Source: Basidiobolus meristosporus CBS 931.73
Lineage: Eukaryota; Fungi; Basidiobolomycota
Direction: 5' to 3'
Assembly (NCBI GenBank): GCA_002104905.1
Contig: MCFE01000171.1
Coordinates: 79,809-143,808 of the forward strand
Length of the DNA: 64,000 nt
Part shown: piece after piece, positions 1 to 13,010 of the stretch
How the letters are laid out: every line of letters starts with the position of its first letter
How positions within the stretch are numbered: position 1 is the first letter of the stretch
Notes under the pieces: model-generated
Seen by the model: only the letters and a program-made list of their open reading frames with translations
Told to the model about the DNA's origin: nothing
Databases searched by the model: none
Position numbers and translations under genes: made by a program

Positions 1-323
1 TGACGATAGTGACGAATGATGGCCAGAATATAAACAATAAATAGACAGATATGTAGTATATACAAAGTGGTTTTATTTTATGTAGTCTATGGGAAAGAAA
101 GGGTACGCATTGTTTAAACAATTAAGTATTTTGTGGGTATTCTAAGAGATGGATATCTAGGGAGAGGGTTAGGTTGGGTTGGGTTGGGTATTCTATCAAA
201 TTGTCCGAAATCCGTATCAATTTGTTCATTTCTATTTTGGTGGTCGTTATATACATAATGAACCTGCTCTTGAACAGAGAACAACGTTTCGCAACATAGA
301 CCCGATACACGCCGATTCACCCT

Positions 324-1199
324 TTACAAGGTGAGTCCAACGGACAACACGGAGAGCTGTCGACGGTCCTCACTATGGAGTACTCGGTTGATCTGAACAT
401 CCAAGCAAGGGATGTTGAGAGGTGGGAGTGGGCCCCATTGTGGTGGGCTGGGCGATCTCAGGCTCGGAAGCTCATACTCTCGCTGGAGGACAGGACTTGT
501 GGAGCTCAGCGGGCTCAATGAGCGAGGCTTTTCACTGGAGGAGGCGGATCTTGATGGAGCTTGGGAGTGAGTTTGCGAAAGCGGAGTACGCATGTAAGAG
601 GGCTTCTTGGAAAGACTGGGTGGGGTGAAGCTATCTTCGGCGGGCATGGCAAATCCTCCGTTGGGAGAAAACTCTTGAGTCATATCTGGGTACAGCCCCT
701 TGGGGATGGTGATGTGAGCAAACAATGGCTCTCTTGAGGGAGTGCGGAGGTTGCCGGAGGCAACATGGTGCTTGTTGTGGTAAGAAATAAGATGCAAGCG
801 GTGGCCATCAGCAGTAGTATAGCATAAGGATTGCTTGATCAAACCATCAGATTTGTATTGGAAGTGATCAGAGGACTGTTCCGGGTCAGAGCAGTAGCCA
901 TACATGGTAGGGGACTCGCTGACTTTGCCGGATTTGCGCTTGTTCTCTAATTCACGATAGGTAAGGAAGCAACCATGTACACGAGATGGGGACCAAGTAC
1001 GACCATCAGTCCATCTCTTCATACTGGCTTCTTCTTCCTCCCATACATACACCGATCCGGAGCGTAGGCTTCTGCGTTCTTTATCGCTCAATCGTCTTTG
1101 TACCCGACGAAGTTGGCCCAGTCTGCAGGCTTCAAATATTAGAAGTGCATCATGGACATTTTCGATATATCCATAGTAGGTTTCCATCGCTGTCATCAT
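324..1199 (-). CDS. Gti1/Pac2 (WOPR) family transcription factor, 291 aa, intronless
   Basis: N-terminus METYYGYIENVHDALLIFEACRLG...RSGSVYVWEE...KRWTDGRTWSPSRVHGCFLTYRE and second box GLIKQSLCYTTADGHRLHLISY match the WOPR domain; S/P-rich tail. Confidence 0.93.
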   Translation of the reverse strand: MMTAMETYYGYIENVHDALLIFEACRLGQLRRVQRRLSDKERRSLRSGSVYVWEEEEASMKRWTDGRTWSPSRVHGCFLTYRELENKRKSGKVSESPTMYGYCSDPEQSSDHFQYKSDGLIKQSLCYTTADGHRLHLISYHNKHHVASGNLRTPSREPLFAHITIPKGLYPDMTQEFSPNGGFAMPAEDSFTPPSLSKKPSYMRTPLSQTHSQAPSRSASSSEKPRSLSPLSSTSPVLQREYELPSLRSPSPPQWGPLPPLNIPCLDVQINRVLHSEDRRQLSVLSVGLTL

Positions 1200-3650
1200 C
1201 TATATAATATGTGTTGGTGAAAGAAGGACAGAAGCAATGAAGGTAAGTCGAGGGGAGTAAATGCTTCTATAATAAATAGGCGGGTTCTTCTTGTACGACC
1301 ATCGAGAAAGGTGGCTTTTATATAGCCACCAAGGAACGGTGAAACAATTCTACCTTCGATTTCAGTGTTGTCTGAGACCTACCAATAACATGCGCTCTTC
1401 CGAGTCATCCTGGAAATTGGATTTTCCTGAGAACTTGATTCGAAGCTTTAAGGACCAATTCCAGCGGCAATATATTGCTAAAAAGGTAAATCAGCATGTG
1501 GATTCTTGGCGGCTGTTGGTTACACGCTGCAAGGATTTCTAAGCTTAATTTTATTTGGTTACCCTGGATTTCAGGCTTTGTGCCTTCCTGTGGTAACGAA
1601 TCAAATCTTGTTCGTTCATCCAATGGTCTTATCCCGAGCTGAATCGCATTATTATATAACCGCAATTGATCTCAATCGGGCTGTTTATTGACCAATAGTT
1701 TCGATGATAATTGTGGTTACTCGCGCAGAAGTACCACGGAGAAACCGAAGATATATCAGTACCAGTTTGGCAGCACCTGTGAAACTTTTCTTACTAAATC
1801 TAGAACCTTTTCACCTCTCACTCTAGAAAGGAATTTTCACCTGTGACCATCAATGGTCAGTAAGCTTATATGTGCACCTAAACAAGTATAGATGGAAGCG
1901 TGCTGAGTATACATGATCAGGTTCCCCGACCAAAGAAATGAAAACAGAAGATCAATCAGTACAGATCAAGGTGGTTGCTGCTTAGGTTGCTGCTTCCTAC
2001 TATATTTATCATATCAAAGGGTGCCCTCCCGCCCTAGATGTATCCTTTTTCCCAGATCATTAGATTCCTTAGCTAGTATCTCTACCGAGTTTCCATCCGA
2101 TTCCCCTCCAGTCGGAGAAACGGATGCTTATCTGCGCATTTTTAAATCCATGCCCAGAATGGAAATTTATTCCTATGACAAGATTCAATGTTTCTTCAAT
2201 AATCTCCGCTGCCACATGTTTCACACTGTCCATCCAACATACTGTCATTTGCACTTGAACTTCATATTTCCACCACCTGTTTAATATCAACCCGGCTGCC
2301 AATGTGACCAACATGATCCGGAAAGCTCGCGTTTCGATTAAGCACGCTCAGCTTTATCATCCAGAGAACTTGCTCTTACCTAGGAGCAGCTTGGAATACT
2401 GAACTTTAAATCGGTTAGACCGGGCATGGCTCGCGTCGGATTGTAAGTTATCGTTTATTCAAATGCTGATAAACTCGCATCAATCTCTATCTAAACATCC
2501 TTATATGTCTTGGTGCGTTCGCACCATAGCCCTAAGGAATCGAGATACCCGCTTGATTCCGTGGAAATACCTTTACCAGGAAGATAAGATTTGTTTGGTG
2601 TTACACAAGTTACATAGGTTGAATGTTGACCATATCATGGGGCCTTGATATGTCCTAATTAGGTGATTTTGTCATGAGTTTACAAGCTTAATATTCTCAA
2701 ATCTCTACTGTAAGACGGATGTGAGAAGAATCATCTGTCTTTTTGGTCGTAACAAGCTTTTCTTTCAGGTACGTAGAGCAATACCTTACCGCGGTGTCAA
2801 AATTCCCACCGATTGTTGTATCTTCTCTCTCAACCCCCGGAATTACAAATCTTCTCTCGGGAAGAAGAGCTCCAAACCACACTAACCTCTTATGGGCCCT
2901 TTCCTTCGCCAATAACTTGGGTTGAAACCGAATTTTTGGCCATCCCTGATTGGTGTAAATAATCTTCAGCGGAAGGTCATCACTACTCGGCTCGGGACAG
3001 AAAATTTTTATCATAGCACTTCTAGATGATAAGATATGGCCAACTGGGGGATATCTTGACTTTACTAAGCCTAGACTTTGGCTTTTATTTTCACCCCGAT
3101 CCCGGTATGGCAATTGGTACCGAGGCCGACTTTACCCAAGGATTGCGGCGGGATGATTCCTACTCGTAATGGAAGTTCCCCCTGTTTACGGTTAGCTCGA
3201 AGCGGGAGAGGATATTTTTAAAAGATGTGGCTTGGTGGCTTGGTTAAATATAGACCAAAATAACCATTGATCCAAACAAACTTTGTTAAAAGTAAGCTCA
3301 AGCTGACGATATAACCAGTTGGTGGGCCGCCAAAATCCCTCACTCGCTTTTAAGAAATAATGCTTATTATGAACAAAGTGCTTCGATTTTAATGATCCTT
3401 TGGATGGGTTCGTAAATGTGTGCTCGTCACCACCACAGGTGTATTGCGAGTTAAGGAAACGTGATTAAACTTAAGCTGGATCATTACGACGCTACGGATA
3501 GCAACGGTGACTCATGGTCCCATTTTGTAGATGGATCCTTCTAAATTATATTCCACGAGTGTCACCCAGGATGGCCTACCAGCATGTTCTGAACACTCGC
3601 AAGGTATACTTGACCACAAATTTCTCTGTCAGCCTGGTTAGCTAAAATAG

Positions 3651-4616
3651 ATGCGGGAGGTAAACTGCATCTACATTTATGACACCTCGGACGAGGGAAG
3701 AATTCTGTATTGCTCCGAAAGCTCTGTGGACGTAACCGGATACGCCCTGGAGGAGGTCAGGGGGCAATCCGGGTACTCCTTCGTGGAGAGTGCGACCTCT
3801 CAAGTAATCCGAGAGGCTGGCTCAATCATTCGAGACGAGGATAATATGGCAACCGTTATGTACACCAATGTCAAACATAAAGATGGGGGCCTCGTTCCGA
3901 TCGAGGCGGTTACCGGTCGGTGTTACGATATCGTGGTGTCGGTGTTAACAAGGGCCGATAAGGGCGAGCCACAACTGCGAGGTAAGGTTGGTAAAAAATC
4001 AGGTGAAGTGCGCCGTTTAACCTCGCCCCCTATTTGGACAACTAGCGCGACATGCCACTTTGCAAAGAACGTTCACCCAGCAGTGCGATGGCACGATCAC
4101 CACCCAGGTACAGAGTGCGGTTTTCTACCTTTCTTCGTTAAAGCTGGCGGTAACGTACTCATCTTCAAGGAGAGTCCCATCGGGTATCCAAGTGAGAAAG
4201 TCTATGCCAAGCAACCCACGAAACCATCGCCCAATATCAAGCCTATCTATCCAGAGCCAGCGGCATGCATGATCGTAGATCGGTTCACCCGTCGACTGAC
4301 CATACAGTTCGCTACAAAATCCTGCGAATCTTTGCTCGGGGTGAATGCAAAGAAGTGTATTGGGCTGCCTTTTTTGAGCTACATCGATCTCGAGGAGGTT
4401 GACTCGGTGGTGAGCGATCTGGAGACGGCCAAAACCAACAATTCCGTGGCCCAAATCCATTTTTCCTTTCTGTCCCCACAATATCGGCAATCCCTACCTG
4501 TCCGGGCGGCCGTCTTTTGCGCCAACGATGGCATCATCATCAACGTTCGGCTGGCCAAGGATTGCCTGGAGAGGAACGAGAATCTGGTGTTTTTGAAATA
4601 CCTCCAGAAAAATTGA
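3651..4616 (+). CDS. Double PAS-domain protein (predicted exons 3651-3981, 4046-4107, 4170-4616; 279 aa)
   Basis: N-terminal PAS (ILYCSESSVDVTGYALEEVRG...KHKDGGLVPIE) and C-terminal PAS (EPAACMIVDRFTRRLTIQFATKSCESLLG); GT-AG introns of 64 and 62 nt restore a coherent protein (QLRARHATLQ...TTQ/ESPIGY). Confidence 0.8.
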   Translation: MREVNCIYIYDTSDEGRILYCSESSVDVTGYALEEVRGQSGYSFVESATSQVIREAGSIIRDEDNMATVMYTNVKHKDGGLVPIEAVTGRCYDIVVSVLTRADKGEPQLRGKVGKKSGEVRRLTSPPIWTTSATCHFAKNVHPAVRWHDHHPGTECGFLPFFVKAGGNVLIFKESPIGYPSEKVYAKQPTKPSPNIKPIYPEPAACMIVDRFTRRLTIQFATKSCESLLGVNAKKCIGLPFLSYIDLEEVDSVVSDLETAKTNNSVAQIHFSFLSPQYRQSLPVRAAVFCANDGIIINVRLAKDCLERNENLVFLKYLQKN

Positions 4617-4669
4617 TGCGTATGTGAATGGTGGGGCAAACTCGGGTTTATTCGATGGGTTGGGGAATA

Positions 4670-5579
4670 TTACAATGTATAAGCATCAAAGTAGCCAATG
4701 GCTCCGTTAGTAAACTTTCTTCTTCTCTCACTCTTCAAGTAGGCAGCAATGCGTGGGCGAAGTTTGAATGCGTGATAGAATTGGTGAAGGTTGGGGTAAA
4801 GCTCCTCCGACAAGGCGTTGGGATCCAACAGTAGGTTGTTGTCGACCATATCGAAGGCGCAGACGTCCGCGTAGGTGAAATCACTTCCGGCGAAGTATCC
4901 GGTGTTTCCGTTTTCTACAAGGAAGTACTCGAGAACCTTCATGTAATGAGGAATGGTCTCTTTGATATATTGATCCTTGAGGCTCTCCTAAACCGGGCAT
5001 GAGTGATGGGATCTTGGTGATTATATCTTTAGGCACTTACGAAATCGGGATTGTAGCAGAGGAAACTGAACTTTTGACGCCATTCATTCTACGTGGAGGG
5101 ACGAAAATGTGAGCGGTTGGCTAAGCCTGAGATGTACTTCGATGGTACTTACGGTGCTTTCGGCGACGATGTCTGCTTGGAGTATCTCCCTTTCGTTCTT
5201 ACCTTCCCCACCTGGAGGCCAGAGTTGGTTAATATGATGGCGCGTGGTTGACCCGACCAGATGCGCTTACCATGCTTGCGAGCCATGTATCTCAGGATGG
5301 CTTTGCTCTGTCTTATTTTGAGGTCTCCATGCCACACGATTGGCAGCTGCTCGAGGGGCTGCAAGGTGGGCTTTAGGGTCCACCAGACCTTTAAAGGATC
5401 TTCGAAGGTTTCGTCGGTATATGTGACTTCCTTCTCTTCTAGGAAGAGACGGAACTCTTCGGCGAGACCTCTGTAGAGAGGGCACGTAAGTAAGAAGGCT
5501 AGTATACCCAACAGAGAGAAGCGGTGACCTACCTGATGGGAAAATACAAGATGCGGTATTCGGCGGACGTGTTAGTCAT
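4670..5579 (-). CDS. Glutathione S-transferase (predicted exons 5579-5533, 5470-5271, 5211-5153, 5088-5041, 4987-4670; 223 aa)
   Basis: Spliced protein MTNTSAEYRILYFPIRGLAEEFRLFL...QLPIVWHGDLKIRQSKAILRYMARKHG...FLCYNPDFESLKDQY...FTYADVCAFD...RPRIAAYLKS; all four introns GT-AG and phases add up. Confidence 0.92.
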
Positions 5580-6342
5580 GCGGGCGGGTGGGTTGTAAGG
5601 TTAAGGAGTGGAAGTCGTCACCAAACTGTGAAGCTAAAAATGGTCGTGGTGGAGCTATTTGTATTTGGCCAAGTCGGTCCAGGAACTTCCAAATCCATGA
5701 TTTGATCCAGAATGTCCGGGTCGCCGTGGTCCGGTGATATTGGTTAGTTATTCTAAAACCAATGGTGACTTACACCAATGCTGTTTGCTATCACACTGTA
5801 TACCCAGTGATTCCCCACTATCACCCCCTCTGTTGCGTTCCCACTCTGCAGGCAGCTGGAATTCAAAATTTTCGTCGTTGAAAAATTTGATTTCCACTGA
5901 GCACGGATGCACTTCCCACTTTCGGCGTTCGTGCGCATTTCTCAGGCTAAATAAGTCAAGTTCCACGTGACACCGAGTGCAGGACTCAAGTAGGAGTGGC
6001 GTATGATACGCTAATATTGAATCATTTAGTGGCACAGAGCATTCATGTAAACAGATAATCTTGCTTTTGGTAACAGGAGCCGAATTCCATTCAAACCTTT
6101 ATTCAAGTGCATGGATGATGTCAAAGTTGAGTGGATTCGATGAAATTGTGGCGGGTGTATTACGTGCGGGGGAGGAGGATGTAAGGAATGCTATGATAGT
6201 GAGGTGTATCTAAATGGTAAGGTACCAGCACCTGACACACTTCTTGCCTCAATATTCTATTTGATGCAAGCTGTGATGGTTTGTGAGTGGGCGGAGTTCA
6301 GAAAGTATTAACAGTAGGTCGATCAAATGTACAGATGTTGGA

Positions 6343-8771
6343 TTATTGTAGGTTTGGGTTGAGCTTGCAGCTACATTGGCTCATTTGGGCCTCAAGGGCG
6401 GCAAGTCGTGCGCGTAGTGCATCATTCTCGTCTTGCAACCGACAAACTTCTTGCTCCAGCTGTGAGTAACGTGGGTCGCTCTGTTGAGAGCAGGAGTAGG
6501 TAGGGGGGAGGAACATGTCGAACTCCAATATTTCGTGTGCAGTGGGCCTCTTGGTGGGGTCTTCCGCCATTAACCAGAGAATCAGTGCTGATTCTTTGGG
6601 CCACTTGGCAAGAAAATCATCGGGGAGCACGCCAATTCGAAGATTTTGCAGCAGTTCAGCTCGTTCCATCAGGGTGGTGAATGGATGATATAGCTCAAAC
6701 AAGATGATTCCCAAGCTGTAAATATCTGCCTTTTGATCATACATCTGCGGAGGATCGGCAAGTTGCTCAGGAGAGGCATAGGTGATGGTGCCAACCTTCG
6801 ATGTGCGAGAGGAGCTGAAGTCACCATAGGAGCCAGGTTTGCGGAAGCTGGGTCGGGAGTCAAGGGCAACGAAGTCCTCCCTTCCCGTGACAAGTCCGAA
6901 ATCCCCAATTCTTGGAATCAGCATGTCTACATTGTGGATTAGAAAATCTGGATCCTCCGATGCATTGCTACAATCCAAGAAGATATTCATTGGCTTGAGA
7001 TCCCGATGAATCATATTCTGATCGTGGATATAGGCAACACCTTGGACGATTCCTCTGAACAGCTGTAGAATTGCCGCGGAGTCGATCACCACTGGAGTCG
7101 CATTCTGTGGATTGCCCATGGCTCGGTTGCGCGCTTCAATGTAATCGTGGAGCGTGCAATGGCATAGCTGCATTTGAATAAATAGGGTCAAATCGGAGCC
7201 TTGCAAGGACGGGGTGCTACCGGTGTTATGTTCCGTTACGATCTCGGGTTCACACACAGAATGCTCAACCGACGGAACAACTTGGGTTTCTTTGCCTAGC
7301 TGTGTGAGACTGTCGCTTGAGCTGTTTGACGTGGAGTTCTCGTCGTGGACAAACTCAACGTAGAGGCTCTGGCTTTCCTCGTCTGGAACCGTCTCCAGAG
7401 TGGAGTCAAACGTATCACTTTGATGGGACAGCGAGTCCGAATTTAGGGATGATCCGTCATCACATTCCTCCTCAAAATCCTCGTCACTTTCGATATCGTA
7501 TATGCCATTGCCGTTCTCGAGCCAAGATCCATAGTATCTAACTACATTTGGATGATCCAGTTTCGAGAGATATTTAATTTCTCGGAACGCTTTCTCGTGT
7601 CTTGTCTTGTCGGACTTGAGTCGGATCTTCTTGATGGCGTATACTGAACCATCCAACTTATTTTGGACCTGATTTTTGTCAGTATTAATGCACTACTCTG
7701 TAGCCCGAAAAGCCTAGTTTTCTTACCTTGAAAACCGTTCCAAAACCTCCTTTGCCCAGTTTGCACACCTCAATGAAGTCAGTTTCATATCGAGAGTTGT
7801 ACAACTCAAGGATATCGGTAAAGCTCATCTTTGCCAGTTTCGAGATCGTTCTTCTAACCGAAGGTGTGTGGTTGCTACTACGAAGAAAATGCCCCATTTA
7901 GCATGGCTGAATCAAGCATGTTCAGCTTATATCTGATACGTACTAGTTGCCAAGTTTCTCATGGAATCCACTGAAGTAGTCACCATTGTCGGTGTTTTTT
8001 TGATTGTTTAAATAGTCTATAGACATCACCCTCCGCAGCTGCTTGGGTTTCAACTCTTGCTGGAAATGCGAAAAAGCACCTTTAGTACTTACTTCCCGAT
8101 AACGCTTTGGGCATGCAAGGTTACCTTCATGGTGGCCATAGCCTGAACTACCAATTGCTTGAAAGTAGTCATGTAAGACGACCGTACGCCGGCCATTTTG
8201 TCAATATATTCTTCGTCGATAAGCTAAAGAAGACGACGATTAAACATTCGATACAATTTCTTGGATAAGATTCTATGGAATACATACGCCCATGCTACTC
8301 AAAGTCTTACATATCATAAAGAAGAGTTTCTGGTTATGCTGAGGTGATTGATCGTAGAGGGTACAAAAGTTCTCCAACAGAGAGACCAGCAAGAGTCTTG
8401 CTTGGCGTCGCTTACTCTCCTCCAGGCGTTTGGAATCCAACACTGCCTCGGGAGAGTAGCTAAAGGCACGACGAACGCCGTTTGTTTTAAGTTTGGGCTC
8501 TAGTGGGGTTGTGGTTTTAGTAAAACGACTAGACAGAGGAGTAGTGACAAGAAATAGGAGAATAGAAGGCACCTGAGGAATTTAAGAGTCTGCTCAGTAG
8601 CTTGCTCTTTGTGTTGGGCTTTATGTGAGGTTTTGGGGGATTATGACAGTTATTTTCTACAAAGTCGGTAAGCATGCTGTCCGAGTCCCAAACGGAATCT
8701 GACCAGTTCATGCTTGCTTCAAAACTGGCGGACTCAACAATGACTTCGGGATTGCTTGAAGACCAGTTCAT
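6343..8771 (-). CDS. HRI1: Heme-regulated-inhibitor (HRI)-type eIF2-alpha kinase, multi-exon
   Basis: HRI-like N-terminal motif RLLLVSLLENFC...KLFFMICKTLSSMG; RYETDFIEVCKLGKGGFGTVFKV; YAIKKI; long acidic kinase insert; LFIQMQLC, HRDLKPMNIF, IGDFGL, GTITYASPE. 5' exon boundaries are approximate. Confidence 0.88.
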
Positions 8772-8999
8772 AGTTGTCGGTACTGCGGAATAGGTAAGGG
8801 GTGGAGGAAAGGAGAATTTACAAGAGTTGATTAACGAGCGGATGGTATTGAATAATTTACAGTTGGCTGAGATGGTATATTTGATATTTTTACTACTTCA
8901 GTTCACCTAGCTAGACCAATGTTTTTTATACAAATATGGCTTGATCATTTGTGACAAGCAATAGTTGCATGGATAGATAATAGACTGGATTGGATATAC

Positions 9000-10616
9000 A
9001 TGAAGTAACACATGACTACCAGATCAATGCTGACTGCGGTCAGAGAATTTCGGTCCCTTCATCAGCAGACCAGATACTCCAACCCAGAACGCAAGATTGG
9101 TGAGAAACCTGCGAAACAATTATCCCAATTTCTCCAATTTCGAGAAAATCACTCAATCCAATTACCCTGAACTTTCAAATCTGGTTGCTCAGTGTGGACC
9201 AGAACAACCTGTGACTGAAATATGCTGAGACCTCCAATCAGCATCCTCATCACGCCTTCACTTGGCAAATCATTCGCCAGTAGGTTTAAGCAATCGACTT
9301 CAGCATTTAGGCAATAATTTATATATATCCAGCGCATAAAAGGAATCCCATCTCGTCGAATCAGCATGTTGGAACTAAGCCTTCGCTAATGCCCACCTTC
9401 GATCTCTTTATTTAGTGAGGCTCCGACTCTGGATCTAATGTTTATGCCAGCAAACGCGAAAGCTCAACAATGCTCAGTTTCTACCTTCTGCTACATACAT
9501 TGTTTCCTTGTACATGGCCTATGTGCTGGTGCCGGTGCTGATGCTGGCCAAGGGCTGATCTAGCCTGGGTGCAATTTTAATTGGCTTCACCCACGTGTAG
9601 ATACAATATAGATATGCCACGACGTCGGTTGGCCAGCGAGAATGGCTATATTTGAGTACATCAGTTGTGTTCATCATTGATTCGTATATAATCGTAAAAT
9701 CCCATTACCTGTTATGTACAGTCCCAAAATACCTCGGTTATGCTGAGCTTGGTGATTGATGCTTTCATAAAACGCCATTTAATATAGGCAGCGAAGTTTA
9801 CCAAACAATTGAATCCACGCGTGAGCCGGCCAGATGCATTCCAACAGTGGCTCACTGCATGTATCAATCCTCCTTGTTGAGGCCGAAATGAAGCGATGTG
9901 AGCATTGTTGCTAATTATAGAAGCATCAATCAGGGGCTTAGTCGCACGGTCCAACATTGGTGAATGCTAGTGTACAATACAGTGTCAGATGAGTGCATCA
10001 ATGATGTGTCCACTAGGGTTAAGAACGAGTTGGTATCAAGCAGATGGGCAACCCAGCAAAGGCGATTCCCACCACCTTGCCAAACGAGTCCATTTCAGAG
10101 TAGTGCTGGTGTGAGTATGCAAGCAATGAAAATCTAGGCTGGATTTGCCACCAGCCGAGTCCTGTACCATCTCTGCCCAATTAGCAAATTTGCCATAGAT
10201 TAAATCCTCGGGTGGCCTTAGTCCATTGAGAGATTGATTTGACTGGGACCTCACTGTGCACTTGACCTCTACCACGTTGATAGCCTGAATAATTCAAACG
10301 ATGCAGTCCTTTCCTTTACGCGAGAAATGACCTTTCCCAAAATAATCTGAGCAGATTTGCCACTTTGTTATGTTTTGTATTTGACAAAGGCTGTGGGGGC
10401 TCTCAGATTTCACATTTGCATTTGAATAGTTGGGCCTCATGCTCAGTGTTGGAACAAATCGGTAACACTATGTCCCATATGATTGTGCACTCACCAGCCT
10501 TTAAAATTCTCTTTGATCTATCACTTTTGCTATAAATGATTTTGCATGTATCAATACCATAAATCCCTGGACCTGGAGCAAGTTGACTACAGAGCCTGTA
10601 GGTACCATGAGAATAC
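9000..10616 (-). mobile_element. Degenerate non-LTR (LINE) reverse-transcriptase remnant
   Basis: Broken frames in the expected RT order: APGPGIYG (APGPDG), IISNNAHIASFRPQQG (Q-GFR), CLVNFAAYIKWRFM (LDF.KAYD..W.F), VDCLNLLAND (YADD region, decayed), IE...KLG; many stops; boundaries approximate. Confidence 0.5.
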
Positions 10617-11308
10617 TGTTGTAAGCGTTTTGGAGATATTGGAAGTGAATGGAAGAACGAGTAGATTATGTGGTTTTTACTAAATGATTTATTGAATGTC
10701 AAAGTAGTATGTATAATTTTACATAGTCTTAGCAAAACAATCAGATAAAATAGGTTCAGGAGGGTCCCATGAGCCTGTGTGCAAAGTCCGGAGCTGTTTA
10801 GATAACTTTGAGAAATTTTGTGCTCTGAGTACTTGATACTTCAATGAAAATATTTTAAGTAAATCCCAGCAAGGAATTTGGCCAGAAATCTCTGAGATAT
10901 GTAGACAAACATTCAAGTGACCAAGTTAGGTAGATAGTGAGGCATTATTACAAAACCTACAACACTCCCATTTAACTCAGTGCTCATATCAACTATTCCT
11001 GATTGTAATCTAAAATAAACAAATCTGTCTCTGGCTAATGGTTTGTGAATATGCTGGCAATCATTTCATCTGTTGGACAGTACGTTAAGTTTACTAGGCT
11101 ATTCCCTAAAGCTTCCCAGATCAAATGATTTCCAATATTGATGTGCGTAGTTCTAGCATGAAAAGAAGGATTTCTACCTATTTGTTTGCATCCTTGATTG
11201 TCTTAAAATGATATGGTATTGGTTCTTTGACATAGGCATCAATCTTGAAAGAGCTTTCTTAGCCACACTAATTCTTTTGTAACCTCACAGGCTGCCATTT
11301 ACTCTACC
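10617..11308 (-). mobile_element. Ty1/copia remnant: 3' LTR (10617-10964), PPT and decayed RNase H
   Basis: TG...CA LTR homologous to the 13099 LTR family; adjacent sequence homologous to RNase H end of copia A/B. Confidence 0.8.
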
Positions 11309-11829
11309 TATTGTGCATCTACATTTAAAACTTAGCCAATTTTACTCCATTAGAAAATCTGGTACCCTAACTGATTTTACCCAACCCAAACATAACTAAT
11401 CCCAGTTATGGTTTATTTTGTCACTTCTCAGAATCTATCATTAGCTGTTGCACCTGACCAATTCTTATGTGGTCATTATGTTATCAACTTATTTGCCAAG
11501 CCTTCCCAGGTGATTAGTCATCTGAGATCTATCCAACAACTTAGCAGTTACCATGACATCAGCTGATTGATGATGCAATTTTCATTTATCTTATGCACAT
11601 ATGATCACCCCAACAAATTTCAATTAGTCCAGTCTCTTGGCACTTACTAATTCAACTTGATCAGAAAAGTATAAATAAAATTTACTAAGCCTTTTGATTT
11701 AGTGTGTGTCTCAACAAAATCAGTATGGTGTCTCAGCAAAGATTAAGAATGCAACAATTCTGTTCTAGTTTCAACCCAAGCCTAGCATATCTAGCACTCT
11801 CAAGAACACCAAGCCTAGCCTGTATAGCA
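11309..11829 (+). repeat. Truncated LTR (family 4), homologous to 34168-34680
   Basis: Direct alignment by eye (acatttaaaa...ccattagaaaat...cccaaacataact...caagaacaccaagcctagcc); cut at right by the copia LTR at 11830. Confidence 0.7.
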
Positions 11830-13010
11830 TGTTGTGAGAGTCTTGGACATATTGCAAGTGATTAGGAGGACAAGTGGATTGTGTGGTTTTTACTTAATGA
11901 TTTATTGAATGTAAATGTAGTACTTATACTTTTACATGGTCATGAAATAGCAAGCACATACAATAGGCTTGAGAAGGTCCCAAGAACATGTGTGCAGTGT
12001 TTGGGGCTGTTTGGACAACTTTGAGAATTTTCATGTTCTGGGTACCTGGTATTTTGGTGAAGATATTCCAAGTAAATCCCAACAAGGAATTTGGTCAGCA
12101 TTCTCTAGGATCTTAAGGTAATGATCTAAGTGACCAAGTTAGGTAAGTATTTAGGTGGAATTACAAATTTTTACAACACTCCTGCTCAGCTAAATGTTCA
12201 TACTGACTAGTCCTAATTTTGACCTAAGATAATCAAGCTTGTCTCTAGCTAATGGTTTGGTAAATATGTCTGCAATCATTTCATCTGTAGGACAGTAAAC
12301 TAAGCTAACTAAGTTATTCTCTATAGCTTTGCATATGAAATGATGCCTAATATCTAAGTGCTTAGTTCTAGCATGAAAAGTTGGATTTCTATCTAATTGT
12401 ATACATCCTTAATTATCTTGAAATAATGTAATAGGCATATTTTGACATAAGCCTAAATCTTTAAAAAGCTTTCTTAGCCACATTGCTTCTTTTGTAGCTT
12501 CACCAGCTGACATATACTCTGCCTCTGTGGTGGAAAGTGCTATGGTTGGTTGCTTTCTTGAATTCCATGAAACTGCTTCATTGCAGTAAAGAAAGGTGTA
12601 TCCTGTGGTGGATCTTGTGTCTTCCAAATTTTGTCCCCAGTCAGCATCAGAGTATCCCACAACATGCTGTTCTGGATCCTTATAAGTGTATCTCAAGCAG
12701 ATATCAGCAGTTCCTTTCAGGTATCTAAAAACCTGCTCAACTGCTGCAATACAATCAGATCCATAGTTCTGATTATGCTGGCTGACAACTCCCACTGAGT
12801 ATGAGATATCTGGATGTGTTCCAAGCATGATATACATCAGACTGCCAACCATAGATTGATTAGGAAAGTCAGGGCTTTGAGATGGCACTAAGCTCTCTTG
12901 ACTTGGTTGAGTTTTGACAAAGTTAAAGCTTGTCTCCGTCAAGGTAGCTGCTGGTTTACAGTCTTCCATTTGATACTTCTTTAGTGTATCAAAAGCCAAA
13001 TAAAGAAATG
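11830..13010 (-). mobile_element. 5'-truncated Ty1/copia: 3' LTR 11830-12178 plus RT C-terminus/RNase H
   Basis: ORF 12409-13017 VGYSDADWG...[19 protein letters not shown]; LTR homologous to copia A. Confidence 0.88.

Noticed and set aside
165-190. GGGTT repeats as telomere-like sequence
   Set aside because: Only about four units, internal, in a 3' flank; simple microsatellite
2697-3113. 138-aa ORF in the divergent intergenic region
   Set aside because: No recognisable motif or supporting gene structure
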